DNA of 63,230 nt, the filler included, from Octopus bimaculoides (Eukaryota), in the NCBI RefSeq assembly GCF_001194135.2. It is 4 parts of 4 records of this genome, joined end to end, with 100 filler letters (N's around TTAATTAATTAA, not from the genome) between each part and the next. Parts side by side here need not be neighbours in the genome. Positions count along the whole stretch, not along the records: positions 38,930 to 60,284 come from NC_068988.1; positions 60,385 to 63,230 come from NC_068990.1; 2 more parts are not named here. One strand, written 5' to 3'. The notes below the pieces were generated by a model that saw nothing but the letters and a program-made list of their open reading frames with translations, made no database searches and had not been told where the DNA came from. The translations under genes were made by a program, and so were the position numbers. Shown one piece after another: positions 52,000 to 63,230 of this stretch (positions are counted from its first letter, which is position 1; the number at the start of each line of letters is the position of its first letter).

Positions 52000-52064
52000 A
52001 TGCAAACGCTGATATTTCTGGACAGACATCTTTTCGTTGTTCGAAAAAAGCCCATAGCGCGCGA
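52000..52064 (+). CDS. possible first coding exon (MQTLIFLDRHLFVVRKKPIAR)
   Basis: ATG after a CAA/CAG/A-rich UTR-like tract, CpG-rich, strong donor GA|GTGAGT. Confidence 0.18.
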
Positions 52065-52926
52065 GTGAGTAGATGAGAGGAGAGAGAAAGTAACGGGGAG
52101 AGGGAGCAAANNNNNNNNNNNNNNNNNNNNNNNNNNNNNNNNNNNNNNNNNNNNNNNNNNNNNNNNNNNNNNNNNNNNNNNNNNNNNNNNNNNNNNNNNN
52201 NNNNNNNNNNNNNNNNNNNNNNNNNNNNNNNNNNNNNNNNNNNNNNNNNNNNNNNNNNNNNNNNNNNNNNNNNNNNNNNNNNNNNNNNNNNNNNNNNNNN
52301 NNNNNNNNNNNNNNNNNNNNNNNNNNNNNNNNNNNNNNNNNNNNNNNNNNNNNNNNNNNNNNNNNNNNNNNNNNNNNNNNNNNNNNNNNNNNNNNNNNNN
52401 NNNNNNNNNNNNNNNNNNNNNNNNNNNNNNNNNNNNNNNNNNNNNNNNNNNNNNNNNNNNNNNNNNNNNNNNNNNNNNNNNNNNNNNNNNNNNNNNNNNN
52501 NNNNNNNNNNNNNNNNNNNNNNNNNNNNNNNNNNNNNNNNNNNNNNNNNNNNNNNNNNNNNNNNNNNNNNNNNNNNNNNNNNNNNNNNNNNNNNNNNNNN
52601 NNNNNNNNNNNNNNNNNNNNNNNNNNNNNNNNNNNNNNTCTCCTTTCACTATTTTATGTGTTTTTATTGTTCCTTGCTTTCTATGTTTTATTATAATTTT
52701 TTTTTTTAATCCATAATTGCTCCTGTTTTTGCTGCTGCTTTCGTTGTGGTTTACATTTTCGTTATTACGACGTGTTTTCGTTAATTTTTTGCTAATAAAT
52801 ATATATTTAAACGATACACATTATGCTACACACAAACACTGGCAGATCCATACAGAAAGAGATACGATGCCAGTAAACACAAGCCCACACATTTATGGAC
52901 GCTTATATAATACATATTCGTGTGCG

Positions 52927-52973
<47 letters not shown>

Positions 52974-54189
52974 TCGTTTGTGTGTGGGCGCATATCATAA
53001 AGACTCACAAACAAATTTCAATTTATTTTTCATGGAAAAAAGTATATTTTACATGTGAAGAACGTGAGTTTAATTATGAAACTGCAGCGACTGATTTCAC
53101 AATCACGACCTTCGAGCCATGCTTAATTCCGTAAGGAACAGAAAACATTGGATTTATTGCGTGATAACTTTCTTCAAATGTTTTTGGTGTAGTATTGAAC
53201 TCGACGGAAAAAATCTAGGCATATATATGGAATTTAAGTTGACCGAAAATTTATTTGTGGTTAATGGAGTTTAGTCGCCATTAATGAGATCAAGCTGTGG
53301 CGATTGGAGAGTTTGGTATATTTAGGAAAAGATATAAAACTAGAGAGTGATAAAGGGAGAAAATATGACAGCAGAAAGAGCAACGGCCGAAGAAAGTCGA
53401 GAATAAAGTATTATAATATGCCTGTGCTTATATGTGGTTCAAACCAGTTGATGTTGTTTCGCCGTTGCATAATAGGTGTTTCTCAAAGCGCCTGCTTTTC
53501 GATAATACGAGGTCTAGATTATGGAAGGTTTTGACAAATTTTCTGATCTCTGTTGCGCAAATGCTCCTGCAGTTTCGCGTCATTTTCTAACGTGTCAACT
53601 ATTTCTCGGATATACGATGTGAGTCTGATGTCCAAGGTGTTTTACATTACATATTCACTAGTTATCGAAGACATTCGTGGTATTTGTTTTAAATTGGCTT
53701 CCTATAGTGGAGATCTTATATGATGTCTCAGACATAAGACTGCGGTTATAATGTGACACGGATGAATATTTGGATGTACATATGATTATAAATCGTGAGG
53801 CTTATAGTTGTTCTCTATTTACGTTCGATAAACATGCTGCTAATGGAGGTCGGTGCGATAAAATACCCTGGTATGTGCAGAAAGTGCAATCATGTTACCT
53901 TCGAAAGAGAATAATTTCCAAAAATCCAATTCATTTTATAATAGTATATTTTTGCGCACCCTTAAGTACATATATATATATATGAGTGTTTGTGTGTGCG
54001 TAGAAAGAGAAAAAGGGATAAAGGCAAGATTTGAAACTTTAACTTAATTCGGTCGGATTATCACTTTAGTACAGAGATTCAACTAAAGGTTATCTTAAAA
54101 GTTCTAAGCTGAATAACCCACGCAAGATTATCTTTGTAACTAATGAGGTATACATAGAAACTGGAGATATGAGTCAATTCAAATCTCTT

Positions 54190-54500
54190 CTAATTTGCGG
54201 TTAGTAGTGAACACAAATATATCAAAACTTCCACCATTCTTGATGACAAGAATTTTATGTATTCCTCAATATTCGATGTAAAGATGTATACTGTTAGACT
54301 GCTAATATATTTCTGCCTCAAATTCTTTTGCAAAGATCTATTTGAAAACACATTTTCAATATCTGTTATAGTTTCATCTACCTCGGGACCAGAAAGACTC
54401 ATCTATAATTTGCAGAATGGAACTGGACAACGTAGTTTCATTTAATAGCTCCAATCAATCGATGAGCCAAAGTCGCTTGATTTAATAGAAACTGCAAACG
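54190..54500 (-). mobile_element. possible Penelope-like reverse transcriptase fragment
   Basis: SIKSSDF, IDESF..VDETI..IENVF...SL and a terminal LTAN resemble SLKSTDEF, LDVESLFTNVPVDETI..I..NVY and LAN of PLE RT. Confidence 0.4.
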
Positions 54501-55824
54501 AGATTTTCGAAAAATTAAATCATGCAATCACAAATAATGGATTAACACATTGGTTAATGTTGTCGAAGACAAACTATGTCCAAAACGAAAAGACTTATAG
54601 TTTCACTAATGTTGTAATTAAAAGCAATTTTTTCATATTGATTGGAATTTCTATATTTCACTTATTGCTGTTGATTGTTCTAAAGGTGAAATGTTATACA
54701 GATATACATAAGAGAAATCAATCAATTCTATGTACGTATACATACAAATATACATACATACACACATATATACATACATACATGTGTGTATGTATACATG
54801 CCTGTGTCTTTGTGCCTATATATGTGCTATTTTTGTAGGTAACTAAGTATGTATATGTGTGTGCAAAATGCTGTTGTTTTGTAAGTATATATGCAATATT
54901 AACATATACATAATGGTATTATAAGCTTTTTTTTTGTTGTGAATTACATACAAATAAAAGTAAAATCTACACTACTTAGGATGCAAATAATGGTTTATAT
55001 ATTTACACTGAGTCACAATTTTTAGACATGTTAATAATATAGTGTTTGCTCTCTTAGACAGTGTTGGCACACATTTAATTTGTATTATATATCACCAACT
55101 CTTTTCAAAAACATAATTCCTCAACAGAACTATCTTGGAGTTAAAGTTGGGAATACACGAAGAGAAAAATCTAAAACAAACAGGGAGGCACGACTTACAT
55201 ATATCCATCAGATCTGACCCATTGTTAACCAAGAGTTTGAAAAACTCATACTATAAATTATACATAAACGCTCTGTATCCATAACTAAAGCAGAAACTAA
55301 TATTAGATTTTTCTCCGCAAGTGAATTATAATATGCTTACGTGTATATACGGAATATTCTGCCTGAAAATTAATGTATCACACATTTCATATGTATACGT
55401 CAACATATCACAATCACCTCCGAAAGAACCACATGTTTGATCGAGATACACGAAAACTACTGCAATTGTTGTCTATTTGTTATTCTAAGCAGTAACAAAC
55501 CATTAAAGCAGATATAGTAACAAACCATAAAAGTTATTCATTAGCAATCAAGATTATATCTTAATTCCAGGCAATTCAGTATATCATAAAACGTCGCCTG
55601 TGCGAATTCCAACACCGGTAGGGCTGTGGTCTCCATAATGAAATAGTCATGATGTCAACGATGAAGTATGATGTGAAATAGCCTTGTTTATTTTAATAAT
55701 ATAAGCATAAATCACATTAAATTATTTTGCAGGAATTAGGAGACCTGCCTTGCATGGTAGGTTTGTCTTGAGAACCCGGGAATATCAGTAGGCTAATATT
55801 TGTAATTCTCTTTAATTGTAGTAT

Positions 55825-56185
55825 CTTTTTTTTTATCTTTAATCTTTTACTTGGTTCAGTCATTAGACTGCGGCCATACTGGGGCACAGCCTTGAATTTC
55901 TAGTACAATGAATAGAACCTAGTACTTATACTGTTAAGCCTGGTACATATAATATCGATATCTTTTGATGAAACCATAAAACACCCCACGACACTCAAGC
56001 AATGGAGGGCGGGGACAAACACAAGAACAAAAACATAAAGACACACACGCACGCACACATCTATGTACAACGGGCTCCTTTCCGTTTCCGAATGCTAATT
56101 CCAACTACAAGGCTTCGGCCGGCCCAATGCCATAGTAGAAGACACTTGCCCAAGGTTACACCGTAGTGGGATTGAACCCAGAGCA
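55825..56185 (-). mobile_element. SINE family A, diverged
   Basis: CAGTCATTAGACTGCGGCCATACTGGGGCAC...GAAGACACTTGCCCAAGG...GGGATTGAACCC. Confidence 0.85.
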
Positions 56186-56276
56186 AGCCTAGATATCTTA
56201 TATAGTACTCTTCTTCTGTTCGATAGCATGTATATTATGATATAGCTAAAATGATGCTTTGGTTGTAATCTGTTAG

Positions 56277-56312
<36 letters not shown>

Positions 56313-58451
56313 CACACTTATGAATGCGTATATGTGCATGTGTGTGTTAATGTGTGGATAAATGGAAATAGATTTAGAAGTTTCGGCAAAACTTTCCGGT
56401 CACGCATTTTTTTCATAAAAGGAATAATTAGTTAACTCTAGCACTGCATTGCGTTCTGTATTAGACAATATGTAATTGGATTTCAAAATGTTTTTATGTA
56501 AGTTAAAAACCACTACAACAGTAATATATATATACTTAGATTTATATGTACTCATACATGTGTGTGTTTGTGTATGTGTATGTATGTGTGTGTGTTTGTG
56601 TTTTTTTATATAATAGGCAAAAAGTAATACGAGGAATTTGATAGTTACAACTTTATTTTGATATGAGCATATAGTTATGCATTTATAATTATGTAAATCT
56701 TTCTCGCTTTTACTCTCTCTGTGTCTGTCTATCAATCTATTTCGCTAAATCTCTATTTATATGTGTATAAAGATTGCTCTCTTTCTCTCTCTCGCTCTTT
56801 ATATATATATATATATATNNNNNNNNNNNNNNNNNNNNNNNNNNNNNNNNNNNNNNNNNNNNNNNNNNNNNNNNNNNNNNNNNNNNNNNNNNNNNNNNNN
56901 NNNNNNNNNNNNNNNNNNNNNNNNNNNNNNNNNNNNNNNNNNNNNNNNNNNNNNNNNNNNNNNNNNNNNNNNNNNNNNNNTATATATATGTATGTTTGTA
57001 TGTATGTGCATTCGTGAATATTTTTTCCCCGACTTATATCTGCATAACATTTCTCTGAGGTCACAACTTCTATAGCAATCTGCAGCAATAACTGAAATAA
57101 CAGCGATTCCCACAGAAATATAAAAAACACAAATCAATGGAAAACTTGCTTTTAATTGCAACATTACCAAAATTCTATATGACATATGCTGCTCCTCTCC
57201 ATTGTCAAGACATCATCGCAGCCTTTTGAAAAATCAAATGTTACCTTGACTACATTGAACAGATACAAAACAAAGAATGTTTGTTAATTAAGTTTCATAG
57301 TTCCAGAATGAAAGAGTAAGAGCAAAATACAAACAAAAAAATGATAAAAACAAAATGGGGCCTGTTTCAATTCTAAAGGCGTTCGGAGAAAAATTAAATG
57401 GAAAAAAATATGATATAATATAAAATAACATTACTTTGGAAGAAAACAAAGATTTATTTTGATTCGTGAGTTTTAAAATTATCAATAGTATATTTGTTGG
57501 TATCTTCCGCGGTACTCTTGAAATTATACATCACCAAGGTTTTTCAAAATCTAATTTTCTCTGTAGAAATTATCAAGGAGTCAAACAAAGATACGAAAGT
57601 GCAAAAAGTTAAAATAAATAAATAAATAAATAAATAATTATGTAATAATATAAAACAAAGAAGTAGAAACTATATTTGCTGCAGAAAAAAAAAATGATTT
57701 CGCTGAATCAAACCATATGAGAATTCTACAATCTGAGATGAGGATATTAAACAAACATCTCTTCATTTAATCTAAATAAATATCAATTTATAAGCGAGAA
57801 ATTCCAACATGGATTTGATAAAACCTGGAAATTCTGTTGAACACTTGTAACGTTCTATTTGATTTCTTTAATGAATCTTCAGTAAACAAAATAGCTTTTC
57901 CAATCAGATGATGTTAAATAAACAATTTTAATTAAAGACATAATTGAAAACATGAGATTAGCCGTTATTGGAGGACTGTTTCAAGGATCGATATGAGCAT
58001 AAGGATCAGCAAAGGATAAAGAGGATTTTTATCAACGTAATTTGAATTCCACACCGTCACTATAGAACACAGAAAAAAAAACCCCGAAAACTTTTACAGA
58101 AATAACAGATAATTCAGTGGATCTGTTTCACTAGGTAACATCCAAAATAGTCAACACAATATCAAAGCTTGTCTCTAGTATAATATTTCTTCCTTAGTTC
58201 CTTTATACAAACAAGAGATAAGTGAAGAAATAAATTACAATTTGGCAATAGAATTGCTTGGCAGAGGCAATCTAGTCCGTACTATCTTATCATATATACA
58301 GGAAATGTTGTCTCAAATGTAACTAAATCCTAACTAAATAAATTTAAGGATACGCTTTAGGTATATTTTTTACTATATTTTTAACGCAGTAAATAAGATA
58401 GGAAAACTACTGGTAATTCTTATTTTTAGTCTTCTTCTTGATCTTGTGCAG

Positions 58452-58529
58452 CTACTACTACTACTACTGGTGGTGGTGGTGGTGGTGCTGCTGCTACTAC
58501 TACTACTACTACTGGTGGTGGTGGTGGTG

Positions 58530-58583
<54 letters not shown>

Positions 58584-58790
58584 AGATGGTGAGTTGGCAG
58601 AATCGTTAGCACGCCGAGCAAAATGCTTAGCGGCCGTTCGTCCGTCTTTACGTAATAAGTGCAAATTCCACCGAGGTTGCCTTGGCCTTTCAACCTTCCG
58701 GAGTTCGATAAAATAATAACCAGTTTAGCGTTGGGGTCAATATAATATACCAGCCACCTCTCCCGAACTTCACCGCCTAGTGCCAAAATC
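58452..58790 (+). mobile_element. (CTA)/(GGT)n tract followed by SINE family B
   Basis: GAGTTGGCAGAATCGTTAGCACGCCGAGCAAAATGCTTAGCGG...GCCTTTCAACCTTCCGGAGTTCGATAAAATAA from 58583. Confidence 0.85.
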
Positions 58791-59363
58791 GTGATATTTT
58801 CAGCAGTAACAACTGGCTCAGTATGATGTTCATACCGGTAGGTAGGAGAGTCAATTTTGTAGTATTTACATATTTTTCAATATAAATACAATCCTGCGCC
58901 ATCGTGACGAATTTTGTATTCGATTGGTGTCAACACAGGACATCACGAAACAAGATGGTCCGTGCCGGACAAAATGCTTAACGGCATTTCTTCCGACATT
59001 GCAAACGCCACCAAGATCGACTTTGCCTTTCAACATATCAACGTCGATAAAACAAGTGCCGGATGAGTTGAGATGAAAGTTTAGCTCTGTAAGGAAAAGT
59101 AGAAATTAAGATGTAATCATCGTTTTGTACATTTGCCCTCCATCGAGGAAAACCAGAAGAAAAGTCGAAAGGAAAAGGCTGTAAAATGATTTTTGAAGAC
59201 GTGTGAGATTGAAAAAAAATTGTATGATTTGTTGAAGAAAAATGTCTGACATTTCGTAGCTCTACTTTCTACGCTGAGAGAACATTCTGAACGGTCGAAG
59301 GAGTAAAATGAAACTTTGGCTTTCTTTCTTTCTCATGATATAATTTCTTATCTAATCTTACAG

Positions 59364-59456
59364 ATTTTACAGTATATTTACCAACGCAGATAACTACCAG
59401 ACTTCGATAACGCCTCCAGTCAGTCACGTAGCAGCCTTCGAGATACGCATTGTTAC
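59364..59456 (+). CDS. possible internal exon (FYSIFTNADNYQTSITPPVSHVAAFEIRIV)
   Basis: Pyrimidine tract, CTAAT branch-like motif, CTTACAG acceptor, TAC|GTATGG donor; 93 nt, phase 2 to 2. Confidence 0.2.
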
Positions 59457-60384
59457 GTATGGTCATAAATATTTCAAGAACGTATTCAATCAAAGACAGT
59501 TCTTAACTGTATTTGTTTTATCAGCTTCAGTAGATGTTAGATAAACTAGCAATAAAACCTAATCCTTTAACACAGCTCTATCAGTCTCAGTGAAGAGGCG
59601 ATATTGTCTTGCGTAGGTGGATCTGCAGTGGAATTTAGCTTTTGAACCACCTTAAGTTGTGGTTTTGAACTCCATCGCATGATAAAAAATAAGGACTATA
59701 CAAGTATAGAGGTTGATTTAATAAGCAGTTTTGAATTTTTCTCTTTCTCTCTCTCTGTCACGATCTCCCTCTGTTCTAAAAATAGCCACAATTGAAAGTT
59801 TGAGGACAGCAGGACAGTGGTCAGCTGCTGTCTTGCAGAATTTAGGTCAAATCTTACCACACCCCTCATGTTATTTACAATGTTTATTTTTTGTTTTTTT
59901 TTTAGCATCCTGAAAAAAACTATACAATATATATGTATATCTCCTTTCCCCCCATCGTACTTCTTCTCTTCCACTTTTCCTCTCGTTGCTCACCTATTCT
60001 TCTACTTCCTCCATTTGTTTCTCCCTCTACCACTCCCTCTCTTCCCCTTAGACCGGCATGGTCACATGCTTCCGGTCAATAATCCTTTTCTTCCTTGGCT
60101 ATCGCCGAGCAAACACATGAACTTACTTCGTCCCCACTTTCAAGTTCGTGCCTCACAGCGTTCATACACATAATTTTTCCCGTCTAGCCGTATAGCCTTT
60201 TCTGTTTGTTTTCCTGTCTTGTTTTTTGTCCGCCACTACATTCCTCCATGGCAAGGTTTAATTTGTGTATACAAATTTAATTTGNNNNNNNNNNNNNNNN
60301 NNNNNNNNNNNNNNNNNNNNNNNNNNNNTTAATTAATTAANNNNNNNNNNNNNNNNNNNNNNNNNNNNNNNNNNNNNNNNNNNN

Positions 60385-60425
<41 letters not shown>

Positions 60426-61052
60426 TACACCTCTTCATCCATTCTATAACGCATTCTGTTTTATTTTAAACATGTTTACTGCAATTGATACTCCGCTCGT
60501 TATACATTTACACGTATACACTTGTGTGTTTATATATGTCTCCCTTATGCATGCGTGTGTGTGTGCGTATGTGTGTGTGTGTGCGTGTGTGTGCGTGTGT
60601 GTGTGTGTATAAATGAAGAGAGATAGAGAGAGATGAGTGATATATACATATATGAATATATATTATTTATTCATGTATACACACACACATATATGTGCGT
60701 GCATATGTGTGTAATGTCATATAAGCGACAAACGAATGACAACACCCTTAGGCATATGACAGCATCCCTAAGCCTTATACATATTTTCCAATGTCACTCT
60801 TATAAAGGCGACAATGTTCCTGCTATGTTCCTGATTGTTACCTTTGTATTACGGTGTGTCGTATATTGCAGCACAAGCCAACATGCAGCTGTTTATCAAA
60901 TAATCTGAGCTTGTCTCTGATGTTTTTTCTTCATTCTGTATTCCTCTCTGGAAGTGAAATGATCTTTCACAGAAGATTATAGAAGATAAGTGCTCCTCTT
61001 ATTTTGTCTTTTGACAGTATAGTAGAAGCCCCTCTTCTTTCTGTGAATTATA

Positions 61053-61340
61053 TGCAGGCGTGGTGGGGTAGTAAGAAGCTTGCATCCCAACCACATCGTT
61101 CCGGGTTCAGTCGCAGCCTCAGGCCGAGCAAAGCTTGTGAGTGAATTTGGTAGACGGAAACTGAAAGAAGCCCGTCGTATATGTATGTGTGTGTGTGTGT
61201 GTCCGCCATCGCTTAACAACCGATGCCGGCGTGTTTGTGCCCCCGTAACTTAGTGGTTCGGCAAAGGGACAGGTAGAATAAGTACTGAATGCTTGTGAAA
61301 GGATTTGCTAAACGGAAACTGAAAGAAGCCCGTCGTATAT
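61053..61340 (+). mobile_element. SINE family A, rearranged or deleted copy
   Basis: Head plus ACGGAAACTGAAAGAAGCCCGTCG occurring twice. Confidence 0.85.
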
Positions 61341-61599
61341 ATGTATATATGTATGTATGTATGTATGTATATGTTATGTGTGCCTTTGTGTCNNNNNNNN
61401 NNNNNNNNNNNNNNNNNNNNNNNNNNNNNNNNNNNNNNNNNNNNNNNNNNNNNNNNNNNNNNNNNNNNNNNNNNNNNNNNNNNNNNNNNNNNNNNNNNNN
61501 NNNNNNNNNNNNNNNNNNNNNNNNNNNNNNNNNNNNNNNNNNNNNNNNNNNNNNNNNNNNNNNNNNNNNNNNNNNNNNNNNNNNNNNNNNNNNNNNNNN

Positions 61600-61636
<37 letters not shown>

Positions 61637-61639
<3 letters not shown>

Positions 61640-62000
61640 AATTTGTTCCAGTCATTTGACTGCGGCCATACTGGAGCACCGCCTTTAGTTGAACAAATCA
61701 ACCTCATAACTTATTCTTTGTAAGTGTAGTACTTATTCTATCAATTACTTTTGCTGAACCGCTAAGTTATGAGGATATAAACACACCAACATCGGTTGTC
61801 AAGCGATATTGGGGGGACAAACACAGACACGTGAATACATGCATACACACACACACATTATATATATATATATACATATATACGATGAGCTTCTTTCAGC
61901 TTCCGTCTACCAAATCGACTCTCAAGGCATTGGTCTGCCCGAGGACATAGTAGAAAACACTTACTTGCCCAAGGTAACTCGCAGTGGGACTGAACCCGGG
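61637..62000 (-). mobile_element. SINE family A, near full length
   Basis: All modules present on the minus strand. Confidence 0.9.
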
Positions 62001-62236
62001 CCATTTCCAGCGCCGAAACCACCGGATCACATGATTTCAACCTTCCTTGCTCTCAAGGTCACTGGCTCATCGCGACACCAGCGCCTCCACTAGCACTGTT
62101 TTCCTATATGTCACAGGTGGGGAGATCAATCACTACTTTCTCAACCGGTCGTACATCTATCATTAGTAAGACCAAGGAAGATCGAAATCACGTGTCTGGT
62201 GTTCTTGGCGTTGGAGACGACGGGGATTTATCTCAC

Positions 62237-62399
62237 CGACAGCGATATAAACAAGAGTGCATTTTGCACCAAAAGCCCATATGAGAGTTTCTCTCGTGGG
62301 ATCTACCGCAGTGTAGTTTGTTTTAACAGAACATCCACTTTTTAAGTAAAGATAAATTGATTTTTTCTTTGCCTGCTCCTGAATGAATTCTTTGGACAT
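62237..62399 (-). CDS. possible first coding exon (MSKEFIQEQAKKKSIYLYLKSGCSVKTNYTAVDPTRETLIWAFGAKCTLVYIAV)
   Basis: AACACC-ATG after a ~400-nt CAA-rich UTR-like tract; donor TCG|GTGAGA; opposite strand also open. Confidence 0.22.
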
Positions 62400-63061
62400 G
62401 GTGTTGGTGTGTATATATTTACTATTCTGCTACTGTTCTATTTCACGTAATACCTTTTCCATATTCAGGAACCGAATATTCGAGGTAATTCGTAAAGAAT
62501 TGGCGGAGATGCTTCCATTTAAATATTTCCCGGTAGGCGATGTTTGTGCTTGTATGTAGGTGTCAATATTAACTGATTTTTTTTTTTGTTACGATGTTGT
62601 TGTTTTGTCGTTTATCATTGTTGTTGTTGTTGTTTCACTTGTTTTCGCTGTTGTTTGTATTGTTGTTTTCTTTGCTGTTGTTATTGTCGTTGTTACTGCT
62701 GCTGTTCCAGCTAAGTGAGCACTTTAGCACCACTTTTATGCAAATCTTCTTCTAACTGCAGATGTAATTGGAAGTAGCCGCCATCGTTTTTAAAACTCGT
62801 CTAGATAAGTGGGCAAAGACAGCAGGATAGGAGGGGTTTATACATCACCACATTGCAGATGATTTGGTGGCACACATCGTGATGGGCACACCCACATACA
62901 TACCCACACATATATACATGTATGCTTATATAAACACATAGAAATGCATGAATATATACAAAAATACACAAACTCACACGTGTGTATACTCATATACATA
63001 CATACAAACGTACATGTATCGACTATCTATCTACCTATCTAAGGTGAGCTCGCATATATAC

Positions 63062-63220
63062 AATGACCTTTCAGTTTCCGTCTACCACATCCACTCAAAG
63101 CTTTGGCTGGTACAAGGCTATAATGGAAGGCATTCACCCAAGGTACCATGCCGTGGGACTGAACTCGGAACCATATGTTGGAAAGTAAACTTCTTACCAC
63201 ACAGCCACGCCTGTGCCTAT
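63062..63220 (-). mobile_element. SINE family A 5' half
   Basis: TTTCAGTTTCCGTCTACC...GGGACTGAACTCGGAACCAT...CCACACAGCCACGCCTGTGCCTAT. Confidence 0.88.
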
Positions 63221-63230
63221 AGATCGGAAG

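Noticed and set aside
51834-52055. Minus-strand MGFFRTTK... membrane peptide
   Set aside because: Hydrophobic part derives from (CTG)/(TTC)/poly-T tracts; no donor or homology.
53300-53530. RTE-like relics here and at 39250-39380
   Set aside because: Only faint motif echoes (VYLG, PVL.CGS, YGSES); too decayed to support.
1575-61723. Most ORFs in the supplied track (YIYI, HTHT, CVCV, poly-V/T/M/D, X-spanning)
   Set aside because: Translations of microsatellites or N gaps.

Overview
AT-rich, microsatellite-saturated eukaryotic DNA, most likely intronic or intergenic octopus sequence. The species call is inferred from the SINE families, repeat density and draft-scaffold style. About 28 N-gaps cover roughly 9 kb (~14%); three are 100-nt pads with an artificial TTAATTAATTAA linker. 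Well-supported content is almost all repetitive: over 25 tRNA-derived SINE copies or fragments in about four families, decayed RTE and R4/Dong LINEs, Penelope-like element (PLE) fragments, Tc1/mariner fragments, hairpins and simple repeats. Most ORFs in the supplied track are microsatellite or gap artefacts. No host gene can be named. A few isolated candidate exons exist, best at 32161-32309 (-) and 37617-37747 (-), but their strand and linkage are unproven. The most interesting signals are: a three-copy repeat with a hammerhead-ribozyme-like fold and a shared non-canonical core; a 98%-identical 100-bp fold-back inside a SINE; a 48-bp coding-like tandem array; and an exon with a Cip/Kip-like YNFD..PL motif. 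I see no prokaryote-type system (no CRISPR, no operon) and nothing I can establish as a new biological system.
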